Of a DNA stretch of 64,000 bases, positions 1 through 10,291 are shown piece after piece; position 1 is the stretch's first letter; the number at the start of each line of letters is the position of its first letter. A program made the position numbers and the translations under genes. The stretch is from an uncultured delta proteobacterium. GTDB taxonomy: Bacteria > Desulfobacterota > RBG-13-43-22. The notes beneath the pieces are model-generated. The model had not been told where the DNA came from and ran no database searches. It saw nothing but the letters and a program-made list of their open reading frames with translations. The stretch is from positions 449,730-513,729 of the forward strand of contig CAWBOS010000013.1 in NCBI GenBank assembly GCA_963790475.1, read 5' to 3'.

Positions 1-152
1 TTATACCCCGGGGCGGGTCAAGTCCTTTTTTTCACATCCTTATTGAAGCCCCGGCAGCCTGCCCCGGTAGACAGAAAAGTATCGGGGGAGACTGTTTTCC
101 AAAAAACCGCTTTGAATTCCTTAAATAAGCTTATGGTGCCTTTGTAAAATGA

Positions 153-848
153 TCAGCCTTGGTGACTTAGGGTTTGAAGAAAATATTCGATCGCTTGGTT
201 GACCTCCTGGGGTTTTTCGGCGAATACCATATGGGTGCCTCCCTTAATGATAACCACCTTGGCATCAGGCATGTGGTCGGCCAGATATTGAGAATATTTA
301 GGCGGGGTCATTACATCCTGATCCCCGCACAGGGCCAGGGTGGGAACATTGATTTGAGCAATTTGGTCCATGATGTCGAATCGATCGCAGGCCTTCATAT
401 CGTTGAGCGCTGCGGCCGGTCCGTTTTCCGCCAACCGGCGTTTGAGAACCGAGGCCAATTCAGGGTCGATATAGTCAAAGGCGGTATTCATTGGGTTTTC
501 AGACCCGGAATCTTTAGTTGCCTTTTCAAGCGCTTCCAGGAACAGGGGATGGACCCGGAGCCGCCCCCCGCTGCCTACGGTTATTATACCCGCCAAATCC
601 TGCGGATACTTTAAGGCATACAACAAGGCGATCCCCCCGCCCAGGGAATGTCCCACCAGGACGACCTGCCGATATCCCGCCTCCTGAACAGTCTTATGAA
701 GCCACTCGACATAGCCTTCTATGGTCGGGTATAATTTTCCAAGGGGATGGCCCGGAAGGTCCAGGGCAATGCTGCCCTTGAAGTATCGGGTCTGGTAAAA
801 CCATGATTCTTTACTGCCACCCCCACCATGAATAAATATCAGTTGCAT
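153..848 (-). CDS. alpha/beta fold hydrolase
   Basis: IHGGGGS, GHSLGG nucleophile elbow, downstream Asp (GDQD) and His (GGTH). Confidence 0.9.
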   Translation of the reverse strand: MQLIFIHGGGGSKESWFYQTRYFKGSIALDLPGHPLGKLYPTIEGYVEWLHKTVQEAGYRQVVLVGHSLGGGIALLYALKYPQDLAGIITVGSGGRLRVHPLFLEALEKATKDSGSENPMNTAFDYIDPELASVLKRRLAENGPAAALNDMKACDRFDIMDQIAQINVPTLALCGDQDVMTPPKYSQYLADHMPDAKVVIIKGGTHMVFAEKPQEVNQAIEYFLQTLSHQG

Positions 849-906
849 AAAAATTTTCTCCTGTTTTTCTCACCCTTCGGCTTTCATCGGCCTGAGATTA
901 TTATGG

Positions 907-1779
907 CTATTCCCACCTGACCTTGATCGGTTGTCCGAGGCACGGTTTTCAGGAATTTAAACTTGGGGTAACCCAGGATCAGGGTATCAAAGACCTTATG
1001 ATCGGGCGGAAGATTAAGTTCCTCCCTTAAGGGGGGATAATATTCTGCGGCCACTTCCAGCAACCCTATGTAGCAGGATTCCAAGCCCATGGTTCGGGCG
1101 GTCAGGGCCATGGTGTGAGCGACCAAGACCGCGTTGTCTTTAGGGGCACTGGTAGGGGCAATGGAATGAAAGATCATCAGGACGGGCGCTTTATGAAATA
1201 TCGGGTCCCGTCCCGATTCTTTGTCTTTAGTCATCCTTTCACCAAGACCGAGCGAACGATAGGTCATCTGATAATCCAGGGTATCCTGCTTGTCCTTCCG
1301 ACTCCAGCCTGGAGATTTTATTCTTTACCCGTTCCCCGATCCAGATAAAATAATCGATGGCCAAATCCGATAATTTCGAGATCTTCACCGGGTCAGTGTA
1401 AACGAAGACCTCCACATTCTGGACATTGCTTCCCGTCGGCGCCCAGCGGCCGGCTTCCATCAGAAGTTCGAGGTCTTTTCGGGGGACCTTTTTATCCAGA
1501 AAATGCCTGTGGCTTCGACGTTCCTTCAGAAAAGTCTATAAACGTCGCTGTTTCAAAATTAACCCCCCGGTCGATTTCCACAAAATCATTGCTCTTCAAT
1601 TTCGAATGGGTGATGGCCCCGGTCGGGCAAAGGGAGACGCAGTGGCCGCAGAGGATGCATTTCTCCTCATTGGAATCGGTCAGGATTTCCCCTTCATGGT
1701 CGGTGAAACACCTGGGACATCGGGTGGCGCAGATGGCGCATCCCGTACATTTTTCTTCATCGATCATAACCCAGCTCAT
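907..1779 (-). CDS. nitroreductase with N-terminal 4Fe-4S dicluster domain, split over three ORFs by frameshifts
   Basis: Two CxxCxxCxxxCP motifs (1492-1779), EAGRWAPTGSNVQ (1239-1460), GLESCYIG..LILGYP (884-1267). Confidence 0.8.
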
Positions 1780-1901
1780 ATCTGCTCCCCATTAGCAATT
1801 TATTTTTTTCAATATTGACAAAAGAGCCAAGAACTCAGACGAGTTAGACGGTACAAGGTCTAAGGTGCACGGCATATGGTTTTTTCTTGAACCTTAAACC
1901 C

Positions 1902-2471
1902 TTATCCCAACCCAATCTCCTCGGCCACTTCCCGCATGCCCAGGATCACATCCTGAATGAGTTCCTCCAAACCAACCCCCAGCATTTGCAGGCCTTTTTC
2001 AATGACTTCCCGGTTGACCCCGGCGGCGAAATTTTTCTGTTTCCATTTCTTCAAAACCGATTTGGCCTCCAGATCCAGCACACTTCTGGAAGGACGGACC
2101 AAAGCGGCGGCCGTTACCAGTCCGGTTAATTCATCAATGGTATACAAATATTTTTCCAATTCCGTTTTCGGTTCCACATCGTTGCATAAGCCCCACCCAT
2201 GAGAGATCACCGCCCGGATATAATCTTCCGGCCAGCCCTGTTCCTCCAGAATGGTTTTGGTTTTATGACAATGTTGTTCGGGAAATTTTTCGTAATCCAG
2301 ATCGTGGATCAGGCCGATGATCCCCCAGAGCTCTTCATCTGCGCCCCTTTTGCGGGCCAAAAAACGCATGACCGCTTCCACGGCCAGGGCATGATGGATC
2401 AAGGCCTCATTTTGGTTGTATTGTCCGAGTAGAGCCAGGGCCTCATCCCTGGTAGGGGAGTTAGGATTCAT
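1902..2471 (-). CDS. HDIG-domain metal-dependent hydrolase
   Basis: HALAVEAVM, GLIHDLDYE, DELTG motifs. Confidence 0.85.
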   Translation of the reverse strand: MNPNSPTRDEALALLGQYNQNEALIHHALAVEAVMRFLARKRGADEELWGIIGLIHDLDYEKFPEQHCHKTKTILEEQGWPEDYIRAVISHGWGLCNDVEPKTELEKYLYTIDELTGLVTAAALVRPSRSVLDLEAKSVLKKWKQKNFAAGVNREVIEKGLQMLGVGLEELIQDVILGMREVAEEIGLG

Positions 2472-2596
2472 CCTTTCGGTCCTTTCGTGCGAAAACATAA
2501 ATATCGAACGTTAAACATAAGGTGGTAATGTCCAATACCTTCAGGCCCTGAAGGGGTCCGGCCATTAGCAACACTCCTTTTTTCTTTCAAAAAAGC

Positions 2597-3601
2597 TTAT
2601 ATGGAAATCCCGAATTTCTTTTCCAGGCGACTCAGGTTTCCCCGGTCTCCCAGGGCGACCAATATGTCCCCCACCTGAATCTTGGCCTGAGGAGAAGGAT
2701 TAAAAATCATCTCCCCGGTTCCTTTTTTGATGGCCACCACAATCAGGTCAAAATCTTTACGAATGGCCGATTCCATCAGGGTGAGGTCTTTGATTTCCGA
2801 TTGTTTCCCAACCATCAATTCTTCCATCTGCAGATCAAGACTGCGATTGTGCATGGCCAGTTCAATGAAGTCAATGACGGTCGGCCGCAGGATGGTGTTG
2901 GCCATACTGCGGGCCCCGATGTCATAAGGGGAGACGACCTTGTCGGCCCCGGCCCGGGTCAATTTTATAATCGAAGATTCTTCCGCAGCCCGGGCCAAAA
3001 TAAATAATCCGGGGTTTAATCCCCGGGCCGTCAAGGTAATATAAACATTATCCGCATCAGACGAGGCTGCCGCCACCAGCCCCTTGGCCCTTAGAATACC
3101 CGCCTTGAGCAGAAATTCTTCCGAGGTGGCCTCTCCCAGGACATATAGAATATTTTTTTCCTGAAAAAGGGGGATGCATCCGGGGTCTTTTTCAATAACA
3201 ACCACTTCTATCGGTTTCTCCCTCAGGAGCTGGCTTACGGTCCGGCCTATACGGCCGAAGCCGCAAACAATATAGTGCCCTTCGATTTGGTTGATCTTTT
3301 TTTCCAACTTCCTCCTCCCAAAGACATCTTTCAGAGTTCCCTCGATCATCATCCCGGTGATACTGCTTAGGAAATATAAGATAAATCCCACTCCGAAGAC
3401 GATCAGGAACATGGTAAAAATTTTTCCGGCCCGGCTTAAGGGGTGGACTTCCTGAAACCCCACCGTAGTGACGGTTATGACCGTCATATACAAGGCCTCC
3501 AGCATATCCCAGCCCTCGATGACGATAAACCCGATACAGCCCCCGATAAGGATTAAGAAAAAAATGAAAAGGTCAAGAATAAAATGGGTAGTGAATCTCA
3601 T
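2597..3601 (-). CDS. potassium channel protein (2TM pore + TrkA-N/TrkA-C)
   Basis: TTVGF selectivity filter, CGFGRIG Rossmann motif, C-terminal RCK-C. Confidence 0.9.
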   Translation of the reverse strand: MRFTTHFILDLFIFFLILIGGCIGFIVIEGWDMLEALYMTVITVTTVGFQEVHPLSRAGKIFTMFLIVFGVGFILYFLSSITGMMIEGTLKDVFGRRKLEKKINQIEGHYIVCGFGRIGRTVSQLLREKPIEVVVIEKDPGCIPLFQEKNILYVLGEATSEEFLLKAGILRAKGLVAAASSDADNVYITLTARGLNPGLFILARAAEESSIIKLTRAGADKVVSPYDIGARSMANTILRPTVIDFIELAMHNRSLDLQMEELMVGKQSEIKDLTLMESAIRKDFDLIVVAIKKGTGEMIFNPSPQAKIQVGDILVALGDRGNLSRLEKKFGISI

Positions 3602-4399
3602 CTAACCTAAAAATAAGGTGCGGTAAGCGGTAGATTGAACCTTTTGGGAACCGACTACCTCAATGGAGACCTGGGTTGAACCAGGGGGCAGCGGCGGAAA
3701 AATGATCATAAAGGGAAGCGTTTTCCCAGGTAAGATTCGGTTATTCATTGAAAACCGGTCGGGTTGAGCCGTTTGAAGCCGACTGATTTCTTCAATGGAA
3801 AGGGTATCCAATTCTTCAGAGGTCAGAGTCCACCCGGCATAGACATCACGATTTAAAGCAACTTTATTTCCGGCCTTCATTAACGAGGCGCGAATTTTAA
3901 TCTTTTCTCGAATGGTGGGATAACCGTTTTTGATATCCCCTTCGATGACCAAAAATTGGCCTATTTTTTCAGTCTCTTTAAAATATTTTTTGATGTTGAT
4001 CAGACTTATTTTTTGGTTTCCTTCCGGGTCCACGGGGAGAAAAAAGACCTTGGACCAGGTATCGGCCATACTCCAATTAGGGTGGCGATACTGGACGTAG
4101 AAAAAACGGGCGGTCAAGGCTATCAGAATTAACACTCCAACGGTTACCAAAGTCCAAAGGATTCTTCTGGGCGGCCGCATTTGCAGGGCCGCCTCTTCCA
4201 CTTCTTCTGAAAAGGGAAGTAATGACTCAGGGTTGGGAATCGATTTCTGGAGGGCGGGGGCTTCTGAAATGGAAAAAGAAGGGGGTTCAACCCAAAAAAC
4301 ATGGCCGCAACGGGTGCAGCGAACCTTGGACCCAAACGGTTCAATGTGCTTTTGATCTAAGTGATAGGTGGTAGCACAATTCTCACAGCGGATTATCAA
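3602..4399 (-). CDS. zinc-ribbon (MJ0042-type) membrane protein, DUF3426-like
   Basis: CENC..CTRC at N-terminus, one TM helix, periplasmic C-terminal domain. Confidence 0.75.
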   Translation of the reverse strand: MIIRCENCATTYHLDQKHIEPFGSKVRCTRCGHVFWVEPPSFSISEAPALQKSIPNPESLLPFSEEVEEAALQMRPPRRILWTLVTVGVLILIALTARFFYVQYRHPNWSMADTWSKVFFLPVDPEGNQKISLINIKKYFKETEKIGQFLVIEGDIKNGYPTIREKIKIRASLMKAGNKVALNRDVYAGWTLTSEELDTLSIEEISRLQTAQPDRFSMNNRILPGKTLPFMIIFPPLPPGSTQVSIEVVGSQKVQSTAYRTLFLG

Positions 4400-4434
4400 G
4401 GGGGACTCCTTCTTTAATTGAAAATAGCCACAGA

Positions 4435-4962
4435 TTAAAAATGCAGATGATAAAGCCCCGGGAGGTGTCGATATTGTTCATCAAAGTCCAACCCGTAACC
4501 GACAATAAATCCTTTGGGGATCGAAAACCCGCAATAATCGACAGTGATCGGGACTTCCCTCCGCTCGGTTTTGTCAATCAAGGCACAAATACGAACCGAT
4601 TTGGGATTTTCTTTGTTCAGGAATTCTTGAAGGAACTTCAGGGTCAGCCCGCTGTCTACGATGTCTTCGACCACCAGAATGTGTTTATCTCTGATCGGGA
4701 GTTCAATGGCTTTGGTAAAGCGAATTTTCCCCTGTCTTTTACTCTGGCTGCCGTAGCTGGCCAGACGGACAAAATCAAGTTTAACGGGGATGGAGAGATT
4801 TCTGGCCAGATCGGCCATGAACACAAAGGCCCCTTTCAAAACCCCGATCAGGATCAACTCCTCCTTTTCGTAATCTTTTGAAATAGAGCCGGCCAGTTCT
4901 TTGACCCTTTTCTGTATCTCTCTCTGGGAGTATAGCCGTTCTTTTTTGGCTGGAAATGGCAT
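4435..4962 (-). CDS. hpt: hypoxanthine phosphoribosyltransferase
   Basis: GVLKGA, VEDIVDSGLT PRPP motif, FIVGYGLD. Confidence 0.95.
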   Translation of the reverse strand: MPFPAKKERLYSQREIQKRVKELAGSISKDYEKEELILIGVLKGAFVFMADLARNLSIPVKLDFVRLASYGSQSKRQGKIRFTKAIELPIRDKHILVVEDIVDSGLTLKFLQEFLNKENPKSVRICALIDKTERREVPITVDYCGFSIPKGFIVGYGLDFDEQYRHLPGLYHLHF

Positions 4963-5237
4963 GGCTTTTCTTCCTTTTTCGAAAAAACATAGTCCAAAGA
5001 TTTAAAAAAGTCAATGATCACTGATCGTTTTTTCTTGAAATGCGAAAAATTTACCCTTATATATGATGGACTCGTAAAAATTAGACCTGCCCATTATCCC
5101 TGCTGCCTGGGCCTGACTTACGGTTTGGTTTATCTGCCGGGAGCGAGGGATCGGATTGGATGAAAAAAAATAGGTTTTCAAAAAACTTTTTAAATCTCAA
5201 TCATAAATAACATAGCCTCTTCAAGGAGACCATTTCT

Positions 5238-6179
5238 ATGAATTCTTACGCCTTTTTGTTTCCCGGGCAGGCCTCCCAGTATGTTGGAATGGGAAAAGAT
5301 ATCCACGACTTGTATCCTTCGGCCCGGGAAATATTTGACAAAGCGGAAGACCTGACCGGAATGCCTTTGAGAAAATTATGTTTTGAAGGACCGATGGAAG
5401 ATCTAACGCTGACCGCCAACTTACAACCGGCCGTAACCACAGTTAATCTGGCGGTTCTGGCCTGCCTGGAAGAAAAAGGGGTGAAACCGGGTTGGGTGGC
5501 CGGACACAGCCTGGGAGAATATTCGGCCCTATATGCCGCCGGGGTGCTTAGCCTGGAGGATACCTTAAGGCTGGTCAAGACCCGGGGGGCCTTAATGGAT
5601 CAGGCGGCCCGGAAAAACCCCGGGGCAATGGCCGCGATTATGGGCCTGGCTCCTGAAACGTTGAAGAAAATTCTTCTGGTACTGGGACAGGAAGGGGCCA
5701 TTGGAGCCGCCAATTATAATACCCCGGACCAGACCGTCATCTCCGGAACAAAGGCACTGATAGACAAAGCCTCCCAACAAGTGACCCAGGCCGGCGGCAA
5801 GGCCGTTCCTCTGGCGGTCAGCGGGGCCTGGCACAGCCCTTTGATGGAGGAAGCCTTGGAAGGTTTTAAGAAAGTCCTTGCTTCCGTTCAATTTAATTCT
5901 CCAATCTGTTCCCTATTGTTAAATGTGACCGGAAAACCGGAAAATGACCCTTTGAAGATAAAAGAAATCATGAGTCAACAAATCGGACAGTCGGTTCGTT
6001 GGACAGAAGTTATTAATAACCTGATGACCCAAGGGGTATCCCGTTTTGTCGAGGTGGGTCCCAAAAAAGTTTTGCTCGGTTTAGTGCGAAAATCCCTGCC
6101 CAAGGATTATCCTTATCAGGCCTATAATGTGGAAGACCTGAAATCCTTGGATGCTTTTTTAGCCGCCGAAAAAAATTAG
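5238..6179 (+). CDS. fabD: malonyl-CoA-ACP transacylase
   Basis: FPGQASQ, GHSLGEY, VSGAWHS motifs. Confidence 0.95.
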   Translation: MNSYAFLFPGQASQYVGMGKDIHDLYPSAREIFDKAEDLTGMPLRKLCFEGPMEDLTLTANLQPAVTTVNLAVLACLEEKGVKPGWVAGHSLGEYSALYAAGVLSLEDTLRLVKTRGALMDQAARKNPGAMAAIMGLAPETLKKILLVLGQEGAIGAANYNTPDQTVISGTKALIDKASQQVTQAGGKAVPLAVSGAWHSPLMEEALEGFKKVLASVQFNSPICSLLLNVTGKPENDPLKIKEIMSQQIGQSVRWTEVINNLMTQGVSRFVEVGPKKVLLGLVRKSLPKDYPYQAYNVEDLKSLDAFLAAEKN

Positions 6180-6267
6180 ATAAGCGATAAAACGTTAGGT
6201 GTTTGAAAAGTTCTTGTTCACCGCAAAGCTTGCTATATTTTAGAAAGTAGTTAAGCCGTACAAAAAA

Positions 6268-6340
6268 GGCTATACTCTTTCTTGATTTGAGGTCCAATTT
6301 GCAAGTTGGTTAAACCCAAACCAAGGAAAGGAGTATAGCC
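6268..6340 (+). promoter_or_regulatory. 5' hairpin occluding the transposase ribosome-binding site
   Basis: GGCTATACTC (6268-6277) / GAGTATAGCC (6331-6340) perfect inverted repeat directly before ATG. Confidence 0.65.
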
Positions 6341-7600
6341 ATGAATAAGATTGAAACAAAAAAACTTAAGAAGGTCAATGAAAAAACCCTTATCGGTACC
6401 GTGGACATAGGCAAAACGACCAATATGGGATATGGCCGCTGTCCAGACCGGACGGAAATCAAACCTTTTGAGTTTTTCAATAATGATCAAGGATTTACGA
6501 AATTTTGGAATCGGATGGTTGAGGCCAAAGAGGCCAATCACTTGGAAGAAATCGTGGTTGGTTTTGAATCCACCGGGTCTTATGGAGAACCCTTGCAACA
6601 TTTTCTGATGAAACGGCCGGTGACACTGGTTCAGGTTAATCCTATGCATACGAAGAAGTTGAAGGAAGTCCAGGGTAACTCGCCCAATAAGACGGATAGG
6701 AAAGATCCCAAAGTCATTGCGGATATTATTGAGCTGGGTCATGCCCTTACCGTGGTCATTCCCGAAGGCGCGGCAGCTGAACTTCGCCGACTGACCCATG
6801 CCAGGGAGAGAGCCATACGAAGACGAACGGGCCTTTTGAACCAGATTCAGGATTTGGTCTTTATTGTCTTCCCCGAGTTTCTGCAAGTGATGAAGAATAT
6901 TAAAACCCGCAGTGCCCAATATCTGTTGCGGCATTATCCGTGCCCGGAAGATATTATCCAATGTGGTCTTGGGACCTTGAGGGCCACGCTGAGACGGGTT
7001 AGCCGAGGGAAGCTGGATAAAGAGCGAGCCCCGGCCCTTTATGCGGCCGCTGGCCATTCCGTAGGTCTTCAAGAAGGCCGCAAGGCGATTCTTTTTGAGA
7101 TACGAGAACTTCTTTCTGAGATTGAATCTTCTGACCAGTTTATTGAGAAGGCGGAACAGGAGATGGCGGCCCTTCTTCCCGAGATCCCCTATAGTCATTC
7201 GATTCTGTCCTTGAAAGGGATAGGAGAGGTTACCACCGCCGGACTGATTGGAGAAGTCGGGGATTTTCGTAAATTTCATACGCTGGCTGAAGTCCTGAAG
7301 TTGGCCGGACTGAACCTCTTTGAAATCAGTTCTGGAAGGCACCAAGGGAATCGTCATATATCCAAAAGAGGCCGGTCGCTTCTTAGGAAAATCCTCTTTT
7401 TTGCCGCTATCAATACGGTTCGAAAAGGGGGAGTGATGCATACGGCCTATCAAAGGCATCTGGATCAAGGAATGCCCAAGATCAAGGCCCTGGTAGCCAT
7501 TGCCCGGAAGCTTCTCGGTGTTATTTTTGCCTTGGTGCGTGATCATAACGAATATATGGAAAATTATTCAAAAGGAGCAACGTTAAAACTGGCTGCTTAG
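6341..7600 (+). CDS. IS110-family transposase/recombinase
   Basis: DEDD residues (VDIGK, FEST, KTDRKD), SSG serine loop, ISKRG, ARKL. Confidence 0.95.
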   Translation: MNKIETKKLKKVNEKTLIGTVDIGKTTNMGYGRCPDRTEIKPFEFFNNDQGFTKFWNRMVEAKEANHLEEIVVGFESTGSYGEPLQHFLMKRPVTLVQVNPMHTKKLKEVQGNSPNKTDRKDPKVIADIIELGHALTVVIPEGAAAELRRLTHARERAIRRRTGLLNQIQDLVFIVFPEFLQVMKNIKTRSAQYLLRHYPCPEDIIQCGLGTLRATLRRVSRGKLDKERAPALYAAAGHSVGLQEGRKAILFEIRELLSEIESSDQFIEKAEQEMAALLPEIPYSHSILSLKGIGEVTTAGLIGEVGDFRKFHTLAEVLKLAGLNLFEISSGRHQGNRHISKRGRSLLRKILFFAAINTVRKGGVMHTAYQRHLDQGMPKIKALVAIARKLLGVIFALVRDHNEYMENYSKGATLKLAA

Positions 7601-7604
7601 ACCT

Positions 7605-7774
7605 TCTTAGCGTGTAAGCGGAGAGATTATCGTTTGCGGCATCTAAGGCGACTAAGTCGACCTTCTCGCAGAGCTTAAATAACTCTCCGCTTGCACCTTA
7701 ACCCCAATAAAGCAAGGTTAGAGCTCTGTTGAGACTCTCAAATTACCAGAGTTGGGCAAGGTGTCACTCTAAGA
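7605..7774 (+). ncRNA. predicted bridge/seek RNA of IS110 element 1
   Basis: Two stem-enclosed loops: TTTGCG/CGCAGAG match the target, AGCAAG/ACCAG match the donor junction. Confidence 0.7.
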
Positions 7775-7828
7775 TAGTTACCAGTTTGTTTAATAATATT
7801 TAAAAAACTCTTGACAACAATAAACCAG

Positions 7829-8007
7829 ACGCAAAGGACGCAGAGAGAATCATTTTTATTCAATCCCGTGAGAGGCGGGATTGAATAAACCTGCTCTGGC
7901 CTCCGGCAAATAAAAACCCGGAGGGTTGTGAAGCTTTTCGATTATCCCGCCAAGGCCAAGGCGGGAAATCGAAGTATTTCTTTGCGCTCTTTGCGCCTTT
8001 GCGGTGA
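7829..8007. repeat. ~185-bp palindromic MITE-like repeat (CACCGCAAAG...CTTTGCGGTG), left tip at 6218-6228, split by IS110
   Basis: Close similarity to 51864-52048; internal hairpins. Confidence 0.85.
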
Positions 8008-8084
8008 AATCAGTCATTTCAAAAAGCTAAATTGATACGATAGCCGGAAATTCCGAAATCAGAAATAGATAGGGGATTTTTATT

Positions 8085-8288
8085 ATGACAAAAGTTATCT
8101 TCCAGGAAGAACGGTGCAAGGGGTGCGGACTGTGTGTCCTGGCCTGTCCAAAAAAAAATATAATTATCAGCGAAAAACTCAATAACCAGGGTTTTACCGT
8201 GGCCTCCATGACCGACGAAGAACGCTGTAATAGCTGCGCCCTTTGCGCTGAAATGTGCCCGGATGTGGTTATTGAAGTCTGGAAATAG
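8085..8288 (+). CDS. 2-oxoacid:ferredoxin oxidoreductase delta subunit (2x 4Fe-4S)
   Basis: Two CxxCxxCxxxCP motifs; first gene of the operon. Confidence 0.9.
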   Translation: MTKVIFQEERCKGCGLCVLACPKKNIIISEKLNNQGFTVASMTDEERCNSCALCAEMCPDVVIEVWK

Positions 8289-8292
8289 AATT

Positions 8293-8369
8293 TAGGCTGA
8301 AGGCTGAAGGTTGAAGGATTAAAAGAAAGCATTTTCTACTTTCAGCTATAAGCTATAAGCTATGAGCTA
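8293..8369. repeat. heptamer arrays (AGGCTGA)n and (AGCTATR)n
   Basis: taggctgaaggctgaaggttgaagg ... cagctataagctataagctatgagcta. Confidence 0.65.
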
Positions 8370-8384
8370 ATATTAGGAGTTGTT

Positions 8385-9434
8385 ATGACAAAACCCAAAA
8401 TGGAATTGGTGAATGGGAACGAGGCGATTGCCCGGGGGGCTTTAGCCGCCGGCTGCAAATTTTATTTCGGATATCCCATTACCCCTCAAAATGAGATCCC
8501 CGAATATTTGTCCAAACATATGCCGGAGGTGGAGGGGACCTTTATTCAGGCCGAAAGTGAAATAGCCTCTATCAATATGCTCCTGGGAGCCGGAGCTACC
8601 GGGGCCAGGGCCATGACCTCGTCTTCCAGTCCCGGAATTTCCTTAAAACAGGAAGGCATTTCTTATATGGCCGGGTGCGAGATTCCCGGAGTCATCGTCA
8701 ACATGAGTCGCAGCGGCCCTGGATTAGGAGGCATTTCCCCATCTCAAGGGGATTATTTTCAGGCCACCCGGGGAGGAGGACACGGAGATTACCGGACTAT
8801 CGTCCTGGCCCCTTTTTCCATCCAGGAAAATTATGATCTGACCATAACCGCCTTTGATCTGGCCGAAAAGTATCGTAACCCGGTGATGGTTCTTGGAGAT
8901 GCCCTGCTTGGCCAGATGAAGGAACCCATCCTCTTACGGCCCTACAAGCCCATGAAATTCGATAAGTCCTGGGCTTTGACCGGGGCCAAGGGGCGCAAAC
9001 CCAGATTTTTAAAAAGCCTCTATTTGAACGAAGGGGACCTGACCCAACATAACTGGAAGTTATTCCAAAAATATCAACAAATGAAGGCTGAAATTGCCTA
9101 TGATACCTATCAAATTGAAGATGCCGATATGGTCGTGGTTTCGTTTGGGTCCGTGGCCCGGATCATCAAATCTTCCATAAAGATGGCCCGGGATCAGGGG
9201 ATGAAAATCGGGCTTTTTCGACCAATAACCTTATACCCTTATCCCGAAGACATGGTTAGGCAGCTATCCCAGAAAGTAAATCATTTTTTTGTGGTGGAAT
9301 TAAATACCGGCCAGATGGTTGAGGACGTGAAGTTGTCGGTCGATAAAGGGGCCAGGGTGGATTTTTACGGCCGGCCTCCCGGCTCGATTCCCACCCCCAA
9401 TGAACTGTTTGACGAGATCGGGAAGGTCTATTAG
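8385..9434 (+). CDS. vorB: 2-oxoacid:ferredoxin oxidoreductase alpha subunit (VorB-like)
   Basis: GYPITPQ, QAESE, TSSSSPG, QATRGGGHGD. Confidence 0.85.
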   Translation: MTKPKMELVNGNEAIARGALAAGCKFYFGYPITPQNEIPEYLSKHMPEVEGTFIQAESEIASINMLLGAGATGARAMTSSSSPGISLKQEGISYMAGCEIPGVIVNMSRSGPGLGGISPSQGDYFQATRGGGHGDYRTIVLAPFSIQENYDLTITAFDLAEKYRNPVMVLGDALLGQMKEPILLRPYKPMKFDKSWALTGAKGRKPRFLKSLYLNEGDLTQHNWKLFQKYQQMKAEIAYDTYQIEDADMVVVSFGSVARIIKSSIKMARDQGMKIGLFRPITLYPYPEDMVRQLSQKVNHFFVVELNTGQMVEDVKLSVDKGARVDFYGRPPGSIPTPNELFDEIGKVY

Positions 9435-9488
9435 CAAAATTTTGAAAAACCATTTTCTGCAAGCTGATCAGCTTGCCGGTGAGGATGT

Positions 9489-10238
9489 ATGAAACAGGTA
9501 TTTACGCGTCCCAAGAGTTTGAAAGATGTTCCTTTTCATTTTTGTCCCGGATGCCATCATGGGATCATTCATCGGCTGGTGGCCGAATGTATAGATGCCT
9601 ATGATCTTCGGGAGAAGACCGTCTGCGCCGCTTCGGTGGGTTGTTCGGTCTTTATGTATGACTATTTTGACATCGATGTCTGTGAGTCCCCCCATGGACG
9701 GGCGGCGGCAGTGGCTACCGGGATAAAAAGGGCCTTGCCGGAATGCTTTGTGTTTACTTACCAGGGTGACGGAGACTTGGCCGCCCTGGGCCTTGCCGAA
9801 GGCATCCATGCTGCCAACCGCGGAGAAAACATCACCATCGTCTTTGTCAACAACACCGTTTATGGTATGACCGGGGGACAGATGGCCCCGACCACGATGT
9901 TAGGACAGACTACGACTACTTCCCCTTTTGGCCGGGATTCCCGGAGGGAAGGATATCCAATCCGGATGGCTGAACTCCTGTCCATGACCGAGGGAACGGC
10001 CTTTTCCGCCCGGGTGGCCGTCAATACACCCAAGAATCTTATGCAGGCCAAGAAGGTCTTGAAAAAAGCCTTTGAGGTCCAGATCCGGAATCAGGGTTTT
10101 TCTTTTGTGGAATTTCTGTCCAGTTGTCCCACCAACTGGAAGATGACCGTGGAACAGGCCAACCAACGAATCCACGACGAAATGATCCCCTATTTTCCCT
10201 TGGGGATTTATAAAGACAAGACGATAGCGGAACATTAA
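9489..10238 (+). CDS. 2-oxoacid:ferredoxin oxidoreductase beta subunit (TPP-binding)
   Basis: FCPGC, GDGD..NN TPP motif, YGMTGGQ, SCPTNW. Confidence 0.92.
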   Translation: MKQVFTRPKSLKDVPFHFCPGCHHGIIHRLVAECIDAYDLREKTVCAASVGCSVFMYDYFDIDVCESPHGRAAAVATGIKRALPECFVFTYQGDGDLAALGLAEGIHAANRGENITIVFVNNTVYGMTGGQMAPTTMLGQTTTTSPFGRDSRREGYPIRMAELLSMTEGTAFSARVAVNTPKNLMQAKKVLKKAFEVQIRNQGFSFVEFLSSCPTNWKMTVEQANQRIHDEMIPYFPLGIYKDKTIAEH

Positions 10239-10291
10239 TATTTAAAGCCAAAAGCTGATCGCTGAAAGCTGACTGCTATAGGAGTTTCATA

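Larger units (their letters stand above)
6227..7828 (+). mobile_element. complete IS110-family element with long 3' non-coding end; AG core at 6227-6228 and 7827-7828
   Basis: Removing it restores TCACCGCAAAGACGCAAAGGACGCAGAG, identical to the intact repeat start at 51864. Confidence 0.9.

Noticed and set aside
5064-5205. Possible MITE starting GATGGACTCGTAAAAA
   Set aside because: The matching right end is too degenerate and there is no second copy in the window.
6251-7546. 431-aa antisense ORF over the transposase (also 30054-30809 and similar)
   Set aside because: Shadow ORFs opposite real genes, with no recognisable motifs.
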